Positions 39,240-48,827 are shown, numbered from the stretch's first letter. The stretch: 57,504 nt of DNA from an uncultured Sulfurimonas sp. (GCA_937900945.1 CALCGG010000065.1:1-57504), one strand, 5' to 3'. The notes: generated from the sequence alone by a model not told the origin. Numbers and translations are program-made.

Positions 39240-40776
39240 TCATCTGATTAAAAATGATTTTATGAATAAAGTAAAGACTGTACCAGTAAACATATCCAAA
39301 GATTCCGTCAGGGTCAAAATAGGGTCGTAAAGTCAACAATGCTTCATCCCCTCCATCAATGCGCTCTATTGAGAACTGAAGCCATGCTGTTCCAGGTGTT
39401 TTCATGTTTGCTTTTAGACGCAGCACTTTAAGGTTTGGTCTGTTTACATAGTAAGTAACAACCCAAAAATCTATACGGTCACCGACACGCATCAGTTTTG
39501 GAGATCTTCTTGCCCATTTGTTCAGACCCGGTCCACCCATCATTATATCTATAAAACCTCTCACCTGCCATAGCCAGTGCGTAGAATAATATTTATTTTT
39601 TCTGCCTATATTTTTGATGTTATCAAATACATGTTCTACCTCTTGCATAGAAATCTTCTTTGAATATTCATCAAAAATCAATCCATGTTTTTCTCGTGAA
39701 GTTACAAAGGGAAACTGCTTGATTATTGCTTTATTAAACACAGACATCTCATAAGGTGTTGACCAAGAGCTGTTTACATATTCCTGCTCACAGCGCTTAG
39801 CAGCAATTGCTATGGCGTCATTAAGCGGGGTTGGCTTGATTGGATTGTTTGGATCGATTTTTTTAACATCATACTCACCGATAACGGCATCACAATATGC
39901 ACCCTCTATGAGTCTATATATTAAAATATACGGCATACCCGACATCCGAGAAGCAAACCAGCTGATTACCTGAGGAGTGAGCCATACACTTGCCAAAGGA
40001 ATAGGTATAAGAGCCAAATTTTGATTCAGTTCAATTTTTGAGTATCTCTTAACCATCTCACTGTAATGCACCTGTTCATCACACCCAATTTCTGCTATTT
40101 TTCCATAATAAAGAGGATTAAGCAAGGCATGTAAAAGATAATCAACCACATCATTTACAAAGATTGGCTGACACAGTCCTTCATCTTTTCCCAAAACAGG
40201 GATAAATGGAAGTTTCTCTGCCAATGCGCGGATAAGCTCAAAACTGGCAGAACCTTCACCTATGATGACACCAGCTCGAAATTCAGTTACATGTTTATGA
40301 CGATGACGAAGATAGTCTGCTGTTTCTTGTCTGCTTTTGAGATGTTCCGAGAGTGGTTTGCGAAGTGTATCTATCCCAAGACCGCCCAAATAGATTATCT
40401 GTTTTACTCCGGCTTCTTCAGCCGCTCCAGCTATAAGTTCAGCCAAATCATTATCTTTATTGAGAAAACTCCCTTTTTCTATGTTGAGTGAATGCACCAG
40501 ATAATAAACTGCATCAACATTTTCTAAGAGCTTTTTAATATTTTCATATTCTTTTCTCTCCAACTCTATATCAGAAATACATATTCTGGTATTTGCATTC
40601 TCTAGTAATCCGCAATCTTCATTGATGTAAGAGAGTTTTCTTGTATTGCGCGCAAACACTGTCATGTGGTGACCGCGATTATAGAGTTCAATTATTATTT
40701 TTGTCCCGATATAACCTGTTGCACCAAAAATTGCTATATGTTTTTGTTTTGAAGCAATTATTGTCTCATTCATCAT
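39220..40776 (-). CDS. YbjT-like atypical SDR (NAD(P)-binding) with C-terminal DUF2867
   Basis: GATGYIG, YYLVHS, HLKSR, FRAGVIIG-GSASFE, GDRIDFW, MKTPGTAWL and YWY. Confidence 0.88.
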   Translation of the reverse strand: MMNETIIASKQKHIAIFGATGYIGTKIIIELYNRGHHMTVFARNTRKLSYINEDCGLLENANTRICISDIELERKEYENIKKLLENVDAVYYLVHSLNIEKGSFLNKDNDLAELIAGAAEEAGVKQIIYLGGLGIDTLRKPLSEHLKSRQETADYLRHRHKHVTEFRAGVIIGEGSASFELIRALAEKLPFIPVLGKDEGLCQPIFVNDVVDYLLHALLNPLYYGKIAEIGCDEQVHYSEMVKRYSKIELNQNLALIPIPLASVWLTPQVISWFASRMSGMPYILIYRLIEGAYCDAVIGEYDVKKIDPNNPIKPTPLNDAIAIAAKRCEQEYVNSSWSTPYEMSVFNKAIIKQFPFVTSREKHGLIFDEYSKKISMQEVEHVFDNIKNIGRKNKYYSTHWLWQVRGFIDIMMGGPGLNKWARRSPKLMRVGDRIDFWVVTYYVNRPNLKVLRLKANMKTPGTAWLQFSIERIDGGDEALLTLRPYFDPDGIFGYVYWYSLYFIHKIIFNQMINNLTK

Positions 40777-40788
40777 TTTTTTCCTCTT

Positions 40789-41598
40789 CTATGAAGATTT
40801 AGCTTGTTTATCCATCAGTCTTAACTCTTGTTCCACTGAAAAAACAGTTTTTACATCCAGTGTATAATCTAAATTTCTATTTTTTCCATCATACTCTACT
40901 TGTGAAAGTATCAGTTTCATAGTCTCCATGCGGGCTTTGTGCTTATCGTTTGAGCGGATAACATGCCAAGGAGCAGCCTCATGGTTTGTTTGTTGCAACA
41001 TTTTATATTTCGCGTCCGAGAACTGATCCCACATGCTTTGTGCCTGCAAATCAATCTCGCTAAGTTTCCATTGTCTGAGCGGGTCAGTTCGTCGCTCTTC
41101 AAAACGGATGGCTTGTTTTTGCTTTGTAACACTAAAGTACAATTTTACTAAAACAATACCTTCATCCACTATGGACTCTTCAAACGGTACGACACTTTTC
41201 ATAAATACATTATATTCTTTAGGGGTACAAAAACCAAAGACAGATTCAACCATGGAACGGTTGTACCAACTTCTATCAAACAGTAAAACCTCTCCGCTAT
41301 GAGGAAAATGTTTTGTATAACGCTGAAAATACCATTGTGAACGTTCTTGTTCCGTTGGTTTTCCAAGTGCAACTATACGGTAGTGCTTTGGATTCATATA
41401 ACGGCTGACACTTCCTATAACACTTCCTTTACCTGCCGCATCACGACCCTCAAAAAGAACTATTACTCGTAACTTGTGCTTTTCTACATGCTGTTGAAGT
41501 TTTACTAACTCAGCCTGATAAGGTTCAAGTTCAATATTTTCTACATAAATTTGTAAAGCTTCTGCTTGTTGTTTTGCATCTAAATTATAATTTTCCAT
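40789..41598 (-). CDS. ppk2: Polyphosphate kinase 2 (single domain)
   Basis: FEGRDAAGKG, QWYFQRY, FDRSWYNR, WKLS and APW. Confidence 0.95.
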   Translation of the reverse strand: MENYNLDAKQQAEALQIYVENIELEPYQAELVKLQQHVEKHKLRVIVLFEGRDAAGKGSVIGSVSRYMNPKHYRIVALGKPTEQERSQWYFQRYTKHFPHSGEVLLFDRSWYNRSMVESVFGFCTPKEYNVFMKSVVPFEESIVDEGIVLVKLYFSVTKQKQAIRFEERRTDPLRQWKLSEIDLQAQSMWDQFSDAKYKMLQQTNHEAAPWHVIRSNDKHKARMETMKLILSQVEYDGKNRNLDYTLDVKTVFSVEQELRLMDKQAKSS

Positions 41599-41620
41599 GT
41601 GCAGCCTTTATATAAATATT

Positions 41621-42565
41621 TTAAATCAAAGAAATGTTGTTCATACTAAAATCAACTCTCTCTTTAGCTGTGTGCGTTAACTTTTGTTCATCTACAAACT
41701 TAATTCTGCTCTTCAAGCCTTTGTCATTTGCAATCTGAATAGCAAGTCCGGGGCGGGCATTGAGCTCCAGTAAAAGCGGACCCATGTTCTTATCAAAGAC
41801 TATATCGGCGCCAAGGTATCCAAGACCTGTCATGTCGTAAGATAAAGATGCTATATTTAAGATTTCTTCCCAATGAGGTATCTGTAAATCAGAAAAATCA
41901 TATCCTGTATCGGGATGTTTTAAAACTGGACGATCTCTGACAACAGCATTTGTTGCCTTTCCTGATTTGAGGTCAATTCCTACACCTACAGCGCCTTGAT
42001 GCAGATTTGCCTTCCCGTCACTTGAACGCGTAGGACAACGCATCATAGCCATTACAGGATACCCTCTATAAACTATTATGCGTATATCGGGAACACCTTC
42101 ATAACTGTATTTTTTAAACATCGGATCAAAAACTACCAACTTTTCAATTATAGCTATATCGTAACGCCCACCAAGGGAATACAAACCGCTTAATGTATTT
42201 GAGATATGTCTTCTTAAATCTTCTAAAGTCAATACATCGCCGCTTGCTTTAATAAAATGATCCCCATCTCTGTGTGTGATGACTATAATCCCCTTGCCTC
42301 CACTTCCATGGTTAGGCTTGATTACAAAATTCTCATAAGGCAACAGTATATCATGCAAGTTTTTCAGCTCCGATTGTGATTCAACCTTAGCGTAAAGTTC
42401 TGTGACCGCTATGCCAACCTCTTGAGCTATCTTTTTTGTAATCAGTTTATTATCAACAAGAGGGTAACTGCTGCGGACGTTATACTTGCCGATGAGCTCA
42501 ATATTTCTGTAATTCATCCCTACAACACCTTGCTGTTGTAGTTTGAAAAAAGATGTAAACCACAC
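41621..42565 (-). CDS. Alpha-L-glutamate ligase-like ATP-grasp protein
   Basis: GMNYRN, YPLVDNKLITK, KPNHGSGGKGI, GVPDIR, DGKANLHQGAVG and LELNARPGLAIQIAN. Confidence 0.9.
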   Translation of the reverse strand: MWFTSFFKLQQQGVVGMNYRNIELIGKYNVRSSYPLVDNKLITKKIAQEVGIAVTELYAKVESQSELKNLHDILLPYENFVIKPNHGSGGKGIIVITHRDGDHFIKASGDVLTLEDLRRHISNTLSGLYSLGGRYDIAIIEKLVVFDPMFKKYSYEGVPDIRIIVYRGYPVMAMMRCPTRSSDGKANLHQGAVGVGIDLKSGKATNAVVRDRPVLKHPDTGYDFSDLQIPHWEEILNIASLSYDMTGLGYLGADIVFDKNMGPLLLELNARPGLAIQIANDKGLKSRIKFVDEQKLTHTAKERVDFSMNNISLI

Positions 42566-42566
42566 T

Positions 42567-44105
42567 CTATTTTCCTAGCGGCACAAAACGGATAAGTTCA
42601 CTTAAACGGTATCCGGTATATCTGCCGATTAAAATTATAAGAGCAAGAATAACTAACAACAGTTCCGGAAAGTTAAATGTAATATATCGCACCATAACAT
42701 TATCCATAGCAAAGTATGCGATAACTGCAATTATTAATGAGCCGCCACCCTGTATGAGTGCTTCATGGCTTCCCTCTTCTTCCCATAAAATTGACATACG
42801 CTCTATCGTCCAAGCTAAAATAATCATAGGGAAAAATGTTATTTTTAATACATCTTCTAATCCCAGTTTGTAACTTACAATACTCATAATAGACATGATG
42901 GCAATGACAACAATAATGACGGCAGAAATTCTTGCGACAAGCAAAAGCCGCAGCCTTGACAAATATCCTCTCACAAATAAACCTATACCAATAATGACAA
43001 CAAACATGAGTATTCCGCTAATAAGCGTGGTTTGTATAAATGCCAAAGAAAACAGTATCGGCATAAATGTTCCCATGGTTCTTATACCGATAAGTATACG
43101 CATGATTACAACTATTAAAGCCCCTATTGGAACAAGAAGTATCTGCTTAAATGCATTTTGCTGCAAAGATGGAAGTGTATAAAGTGAAAAATCCAGAAAC
43201 TCTGCGTTTGCTTCTTTTATCATATTTTTTGCTATTTTTGTTGCTGAGACTTTTGTTTCTGTAACTGAGAATCTAAGTTTTGCTTTAGCCTCCCCTTTTG
43301 TAATAAGCAAAGGAGAATTACCGTCATGCCAGACAAAAAAATTATCTGGCTTTGAAATTTGAGCATCTTTTAAACTGTACAGATACCATTTATCATCAGA
43401 CTTGACTTTAAGCATTGTTATTAACTTACGATCTTTTTGTCCGTCTATTAACTCAATCCCTCTTAGTTTACGAAAAACAATATTTTCATGTTTCATAAGT
43501 GCACTAATAAGCGATATTTTTGTTTCCCCTTTAATCTGCAAGAGAGTATTCACTGCCTCCATAGGCTGCTTAGAATTAAAAAGAGTTATGAGTTGAGCAA
43601 CAAACGTTACATCATCGGCTGAATGGGAGTGAACATAATCCAGTAAAAGCTTAGCTGCACTTTGCTCAGATTCTTCCCATAATCCTATTTGATCCTCTTT
43701 AAGTTTATTTGCTGCAACAGACACTTCTTCAATCGGTGCTTTATAAAAAGAGTCTGCAAGAAGTATTGTTTTATAAAAAATTTTACTATTATTTTCTAAT
43801 TCACGTTTAGCCCAAGTAGCTCGGTAAATATTGTTTTCATGTGAAACTGTATATCCAAAATCTCCGGAATCCACCTCGCTTGATACAATTTGCATTCCAT
43901 CCTGAGGCTGCGGGAGTGACATTGAAACAACAATAGGATTATCGTTTTTTTGAAGTTCTATTGAAGCCGTTATGGCAAATAATGATCTCTTTTGATGCGG
44001 AATCAATGGAACATCAAGATAAACAACTTTGTAAAAGGCTAAAGATAAACCGCTAATAGTAAGAAAAAATACAATAAAAAGTAATTGAAATCTTGATGAC
44101 ATCAT
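42567..44105 (-). CDS. Inactive transglutaminase-like domain fused to 7 TM helices
   Basis: N-terminal TM, periplasmic domain with no Cys anywhere in the protein, C-terminal GTFMP…FFPMIILAWTIER…FPEL…GRYTGYRLSEL-RF. Confidence 0.88.
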   Translation of the reverse strand: MMSSRFQLLFIVFFLTISGLSLAFYKVVYLDVPLIPHQKRSLFAITASIELQKNDNPIVVSMSLPQPQDGMQIVSSEVDSGDFGYTVSHENNIYRATWAKRELENNSKIFYKTILLADSFYKAPIEEVSVAANKLKEDQIGLWEESEQSAAKLLLDYVHSHSADDVTFVAQLITLFNSKQPMEAVNTLLQIKGETKISLISALMKHENIVFRKLRGIELIDGQKDRKLITMLKVKSDDKWYLYSLKDAQISKPDNFFVWHDGNSPLLITKGEAKAKLRFSVTETKVSATKIAKNMIKEANAEFLDFSLYTLPSLQQNAFKQILLVPIGALIVVIMRILIGIRTMGTFMPILFSLAFIQTTLISGILMFVVIIGIGLFVRGYLSRLRLLLVARISAVIIVVIAIMSIMSIVSYKLGLEDVLKITFFPMIILAWTIERMSILWEEEGSHEALIQGGGSLIIAVIAYFAMDNVMVRYITFNFPELLLVILALIILIGRYTGYRLSELIRFVPLGK

Positions 44106-44632
44106 GGCTGTACCTCCTTAGATGGTTTTGTTATATCATTCTGGCTTACATCCACTACAAAATGGTCATATAGAAAATTGATACCTATCAACATTCTATA
44201 TTTAAAATTACTACGGTTGGTAAGAGTGACTTTCACTACCTGAGTAATATCACCAAGAGTAACTTTCAACTTAATAACAGGTCTGCGCAGAGATTCTGAA
44301 CCATGTTGTTTTATCCTGACAAATTTTATAATTTTATGCTTTACCAACTCTCCATTGAGCGAGAAAATTGCCCAATCCACCCCATCTTCATTTATAATTT
44401 GTAAGTTTTGGGCATCCAATGATGTGGTATTTGCTCCAGTATCAATTCTGGCTTCAAGTAAAACATTTCCGGGATAAATAATTACCGGCTCAGTTTTACC
44501 AATAATTTGCTTTGATTTATTGTTATTGACATTATCCTCATCTACGTACTGAGCAGCTTTACCTGCGGCATATAAATTACTTAGGTTGAACAACAGCGCA
44601 AGAGTAAATAAAATTTTAAAATTGATTCCCAC
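44102..44632 (-). CDS. Exported RimB-like retropepsin-fold (DTGA) protease
   Basis: Signal peptide (…NLYA), ARIDTGANTTSL, RRPV, LTNRSNFKYRMLIG and VVDV. Confidence 0.87.
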   Translation of the reverse strand: MGINFKILFTLALLFNLSNLYAAGKAAQYVDEDNVNNNKSKQIIGKTEPVIIYPGNVLLEARIDTGANTTSLDAQNLQIINEDGVDWAIFSLNGELVKHKIIKFVRIKQHGSESLRRPVIKLKVTLGDITQVVKVTLTNRSNFKYRMLIGINFLYDHFVVDVSQNDITKPSKEVQP

Positions 44633-44680
44633 TATGATAATTCCTTAATTAGTTACATTTGGTATTAAAATAAACTCCGA

Positions 44681-44689
44681 ATTATATCA
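44681..44689 (-). promoter_or_regulatory. Extended -10 promoter (TGaTATAAT) of the protease-7TM-ATP-grasp-ppk2 operon
   Basis: Perfect TGnTATAAT on the minus strand, 48 bp upstream of the GTG. Confidence 0.6.
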
Positions 44690-44798
44690 CGACTCAAGTT
44701 ATTAAAAACATAATTTATTTAACAAAGTATTATTTAACTCTAAGCTTTTAGTTGTATTATTCACTAATTGAAAACATTCCTCCTATAAAAGGAAAAAA

Positions 44799-46169
44799 AT
44801 GGCAGAAAACTCCAATTTAAACACTCTTGAATTAATCAATAAGATATCTTATGAGATAGCAGAGTATTCAGCCGACAACACTACTATTCACCCTTATGAC
44901 ATATCTGAATTATTATTAGAACTCCGAGATATTGATGATGATGAATATCTGAAAATCATCAAAAAAATCCCACATGAGCTTTTTGCCGAAGTTTTATCTG
45001 AAATGCCTGAGTATGTGCAAGAAGAGATAAGTGAGCTTCTTAGTCTTAAAAAATTGGCAGATATTACATCCAAAATGGATACAGATGATGCCGCTACCTT
45101 CATCCAGATTATTAGTGATGAACATGAGGATATGGCTAATAAGATTTTAGACACCTTCGACAGTGAAGATAAAAAAATCATGCAACAGCTTATCGCTTAT
45201 GAAGAAGATGAAGCCGGCTCATACATGCAAACTGAGCTTTTCAGCGCAAATATCAATGAAAAAATCGGTGATTCATTAAAAAGATTAAAAAAGTTAAAAG
45301 AATCTGATGAAATAAGCAATATCTGGCATGCACATTTAGTTGATAATGACGGCAAATATGTTGGTTCAGTCGGTCTTGAAGAACTCATTATATTTGAACA
45401 TGATTTAAATTTCAGTGATATTCCGGCAGATAAATTTAAACATTACAATATCAATCACAAAGCCGACATAGATGAAGTTGTCGAGATGTTTACAAACTAT
45501 AATCTTTCAAGCTTACCTATTGTAAATGACCTTGAACAACTTGTAGGAAGAATCACTTCGGATGATATTTATGATATTATCCAAGAAAGCGCTACGGAAC
45601 AAATCTATAACATGGCCGGTGTTAACGACGAAGCGGAGCAAGAAGAAGATTTCTTTGAAATCGGAAAAACAAGAGCTATATGGTTGGCAATTAACCTAGT
45701 TACTGCCATAGCCGCTTCACTGGTTATTGGAATCTTTGATTCAACTATTCAATCGATTGTGGCTCTCGCTGTGCTTATGCCGATCGTAGCTTCCATGGGT
45801 GGAAATGCCGGAACTCAAACGCTTACGGTAACGGTCAGACAGATGGCTCTTGGTGACATCGAGGGAAGCGATGCACGAAAAACTATTTACAAAGAGGTCG
45901 TACTATCCTTGATAAACGGCTTCATATTTGCGGTAGTCATAGGCATCGTTGCATATTTTTGGTTTAACATCCCTCTGCTTGGTTTAGTAATTGCAATTTC
46001 CATGATTATAAATTTATTCAGTGCAGGATTTTTCGGTGCGGCAATACCCCTAGTTTTACAAAAACTCGATATTGATCCTGCAATTGGAAGCACGGTGCTT
46101 CTTACAACAGTTACAGACATAGTAGGATTCTTCAGCTTTTTAGGGCTTGCTACTATTATTTTACTTTAA
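44799..46169 (+). CDS. mgtE: Magnesium transporter MgtE
   Basis: Acidic N-domain, CBS pair, PIVASMGGNAGTQ, DPAIGS and TTVTDIVG. Confidence 0.95.
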   Translation: MAENSNLNTLELINKISYEIAEYSADNTTIHPYDISELLLELRDIDDDEYLKIIKKIPHELFAEVLSEMPEYVQEEISELLSLKKLADITSKMDTDDAATFIQIISDEHEDMANKILDTFDSEDKKIMQQLIAYEEDEAGSYMQTELFSANINEKIGDSLKRLKKLKESDEISNIWHAHLVDNDGKYVGSVGLEELIIFEHDLNFSDIPADKFKHYNINHKADIDEVVEMFTNYNLSSLPIVNDLEQLVGRITSDDIYDIIQESATEQIYNMAGVNDEAEQEEDFFEIGKTRAIWLAINLVTAIAASLVIGIFDSTIQSIVALAVLMPIVASMGGNAGTQTLTVTVRQMALGDIEGSDARKTIYKEVVLSLINGFIFAVVIGIVAYFWFNIPLLGLVIAISMIINLFSAGFFGAAIPLVLQKLDIDPAIGSTVLLTTVTDIVGFFSFLGLATIILL

Positions 46170-46181
46170 GGAACAAGAGAA

Positions 46182-47342
46182 ATGGAAGATGGCCAACAGG
46201 TTAGGGAAAATAAATTTAAATATTTTATAGATGACTATTGGGATATTTTTTTAGGAATAGCGTCTATAGTTTTAGCATTTTATTTTCATGAGCACGGGAA
46301 AATGGTTATAGCGACTCTTTTCGCTGCTATAGGGATAGGTAGTTTATCACTCACAGTTTCAGAAGTTGCGGAGATACTTTCCGAGAGACTGCAAGAGCCA
46401 TATGGAAGTTTTGTCCTGACTCTAAGTGCCGTTATTGTAGAAATCATTCTTTTATATATAATTTTACTTCAAGTACATCAATCTCCGGAAGTTTTAAATA
46501 CCGTCAAGGGTGGTATTATCTCAGCAGTTATTGTTGACATGAATGTACTCCTTGGACTTGCTTTATTTTTTGGCGGACTTAAATTTAGACAACAAGAGCA
46601 TAACAAAGAGACATCAAGCTCATATACAACTATTCTTTTTGTTGCATCAGTTGCTCTTTTGGTTCCCAGTTTGATTGGAAAATCAGCTCACCATACGCAA
46701 GATCAACTCATTCAAGCATCTATAATCATATCGATGCTTCTGTTTGTTTTTTATCTCATAATCATCATTTTTCAAACAAAAACGCATACCCATTTCTTCA
46801 AGCAAACGGCAAGAAGCAGAATATTTAGACTTAAGCGAAAGATGAGTGAAGAAGACACAAATCAAGAAGATGATTATATTTTTGAAAAATTCAATAATTT
46901 TGGATTAATTTTTTCTATCTTTTTATTTATTGCCGTCATTGCTTTGGGTGCAGAAGTTTTTGCAAATGACGGAATAAAACTAGCCAAAGAGTATGGTATA
47001 TCAGCTGGTCTTTCAGGTTTACTCATAGCCATAGTCGCAGTTTCACCTGAGATAGTAACAGCCATAAAAGCAGCTAAAAACGATGAGGTTCAAAGGGTTG
47101 TAAATATTGCCATGGGAGCTTCAACTGTTTCAATTTTACTGACAGTTCCTGTTTTAATGCTACTTGCATATTATAGTAATATTCCTTTAACACTTGATTT
47201 TAATCCGCTTGAAATCGGAGCATTGATTTTAACTATTCTGCTTGTGTCTAAAACTACAGATGACGGCCATACTAACTATTTTGAGGGTATTTCCCATCTG
47301 ATATTTTTTACCGCGTATGTAATTATTGCAGCGTACTATTGA
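46182..47342 (+). CDS. CaCA-family Ca2+(Na+)/H+ antiporter, ChaA-like
   Basis: About 10 TM segments in two repeats (EPYGSFVLTLSAVIVE; AVSPE…VVNIAMGAS…LTVP), acidic central loop, DGHTNYFEG. Confidence 0.82.
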   Translation: MEDGQQVRENKFKYFIDDYWDIFLGIASIVLAFYFHEHGKMVIATLFAAIGIGSLSLTVSEVAEILSERLQEPYGSFVLTLSAVIVEIILLYIILLQVHQSPEVLNTVKGGIISAVIVDMNVLLGLALFFGGLKFRQQEHNKETSSSYTTILFVASVALLVPSLIGKSAHHTQDQLIQASIIISMLLFVFYLIIIIFQTKTHTHFFKQTARSRIFRLKRKMSEEDTNQEDDYIFEKFNNFGLIFSIFLFIAVIALGAEVFANDGIKLAKEYGISAGLSGLLIAIVAVSPEIVTAIKAAKNDEVQRVVNIAMGASTVSILLTVPVLMLLAYYSNIPLTLDFNPLEIGALILTILLVSKTTDDGHTNYFEGISHLIFFTAYVIIAAYY

Positions 47343-47344
47343 TG

Positions 47345-47493
47345 TTACACACTAGAATGGGCAAAGCTCATTCTAATGGCAGTGACACAAATGTCCCTAC
47401 AACCCCCTAAAGCTACAAAACAAGAGAATCGCTTTTCGCGAAGCGAAAATGTTTCTTTAGAAAAAACAAAGTTTTATGAGAATGAATGTGTAA
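47345..47493. repeat. MITE/REP-like palindromic element, ~149 bp
   Basis: Terminal inverted 7-mers TTACACA / TGTGTAA enclosing hairpins TAGAATGGGC-AAA-GCTCATTCTA, GCAGTGACA-CAAA-TGTCCCTAC and TTTTCGC-GAA-GCGAAAA. Confidence 0.45.
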
Positions 47494-47516
47494 GGTCAGT
47501 TGCTAAAAGATTTTTA

Positions 47517-47525
47517 TGCTAAAAT
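47517..47525 (+). promoter_or_regulatory. Extended -10 promoter (TGcTAAAAT) of the coaBC operon
   Basis: TGn plus near-consensus -10, 33 bp upstream of the ATG. Confidence 0.5.
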
Positions 47526-47558
47526 ATCTTTACTATTATTAAAAAAACAAGGCTAAAA

Positions 47559-48827
47559 ATGCTTATTCCAGCTGATTTATTAAAAGATAAAAAAATACTT
47601 TTGGGCGTTACCGGTTCTATCGCTGTTTACAAGTCTCTAGAGTTAGTCAGACTCTTTGTAAAAGCCGGTGCAAATGTAAAAGTCGTTATGAGTGAGTCGG
47701 CTAAAAAGTTCGTAACTCCCCTTACTTTTGAGGTGCTTACCTCAAACAAAGTGCTTGATGATACGAATGAGTCATGGGTAACCGACCACAACCATATAAA
47801 AACGACTCAGTGGGCTGACTTGTTTGTTATCGCTCCGGCAACGGCAAACACTATCGGAAAACTTGCAAATGCCATCGCCGACAACATGCTTTTACAATGC
47901 GCTCTTGCATATCCACATGTAAAGATACTCGCTCCCTCAGCAAACACGAACATGCTAGAAAATCCGATAACTCAGGCAAATCTGAAAATGTTGGCAATTG
48001 CCAACTATGACATCTTAAACACTCAGACAAAAGAGCTTGCATGTAAGACTACTGGCGATGGCGCGATGGCTGAACCTATCGACATATTTTACAAAGCTGC
48101 AAAAGCACTTCTTAAAGATGAGTTTTGGGAAGACAGAATGGTTATGGTAACCGGCGGCGGAACTATAGAAAAAATAGATGAAGTCCGTTATATCTCAAAC
48201 TTCTCAAGCGGTAAAATGGCTTCTGCTCTTGCTACAGCACTTTACTGCAGAGGTGCAGATGTAAATCTCATCGCTACAAGATTTGATACAGATTTGCCAA
48301 AAGAGATGCACAAGATTGATGTGCAGGATTCTGCTGAGATGATGGAATATCTTGTGGATTCTATCCGTATTGCAAAAAAAGGGAAACTCTCAAAAGCAAC
48401 ACTTATGAGAGACGAGCATATCCATCTCATACAGAAAAAGCCCTACCTTTTTATGGCAGCTGCCGTGAGCGACTATGTACCTGAATTTGTCCAAGACGGA
48501 AAACTGAAAAAAGAGATGCTGGGCGATACTTGGGAACTGAAGATGAAACAAAATAGTGATATTTTAAGCTCTATCGACAAAGAAGGGATTGTAACTGTCG
48601 GATTTAAAGCTGAGATGGATGAGAAAAATGCAGTTGCGAATGCCTCAAAAATGATAGATAGTAAACATGTAGATGCAGTTTGTTTAAATGTTCTCAAAGA
48701 TTCTTCAAGTTTTGGCAGCGATACCAATAAAATAGAATTCATTACTCCGGACAAAATAGAGTCCATTCCACATGCAGATAAACTCAGTGTCGCATTTGAC
48801 ATATTAGACCACGCAAAGAATTTATGA
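47559..48827 (+). CDS. coaBC: Phosphopantothenoylcysteine decarboxylase/ligase
   Basis: GVTGSIAVYK, APATANTI, IDEVRYISNFSSGKM, AAVSDY and GFKAE. Confidence 0.95.
   Translation: MLIPADLLKDKKILLGVTGSIAVYKSLELVRLFVKAGANVKVVMSESAKKFVTPLTFEVLTSNKVLDDTNESWVTDHNHIKTTQWADLFVIAPATANTIGKLANAIADNMLLQCALAYPHVKILAPSANTNMLENPITQANLKMLAIANYDILNTQTKELACKTTGDGAMAEPIDIFYKAAKALLKDEFWEDRMVMVTGGGTIEKIDEVRYISNFSSGKMASALATALYCRGADVNLIATRFDTDLPKEMHKIDVQDSAEMMEYLVDSIRIAKKGKLSKATLMRDEHIHLIQKKPYLFMAAAVSDYVPEFVQDGKLKKEMLGDTWELKMKQNSDILSSIDKEGIVTVGFKAEMDEKNAVANASKMIDSKHVDAVCLNVLKDSSSFGSDTNKIEFITPDKIESIPHADKLSVAFDILDHAKNL

Noticed and set aside
23568-47558. Calling the 24 kb block an active mobile element or prophage
   Set aside because: No integrase, transposase, tRNA target, conjugation or phage structural genes, and no convincing att repeats.
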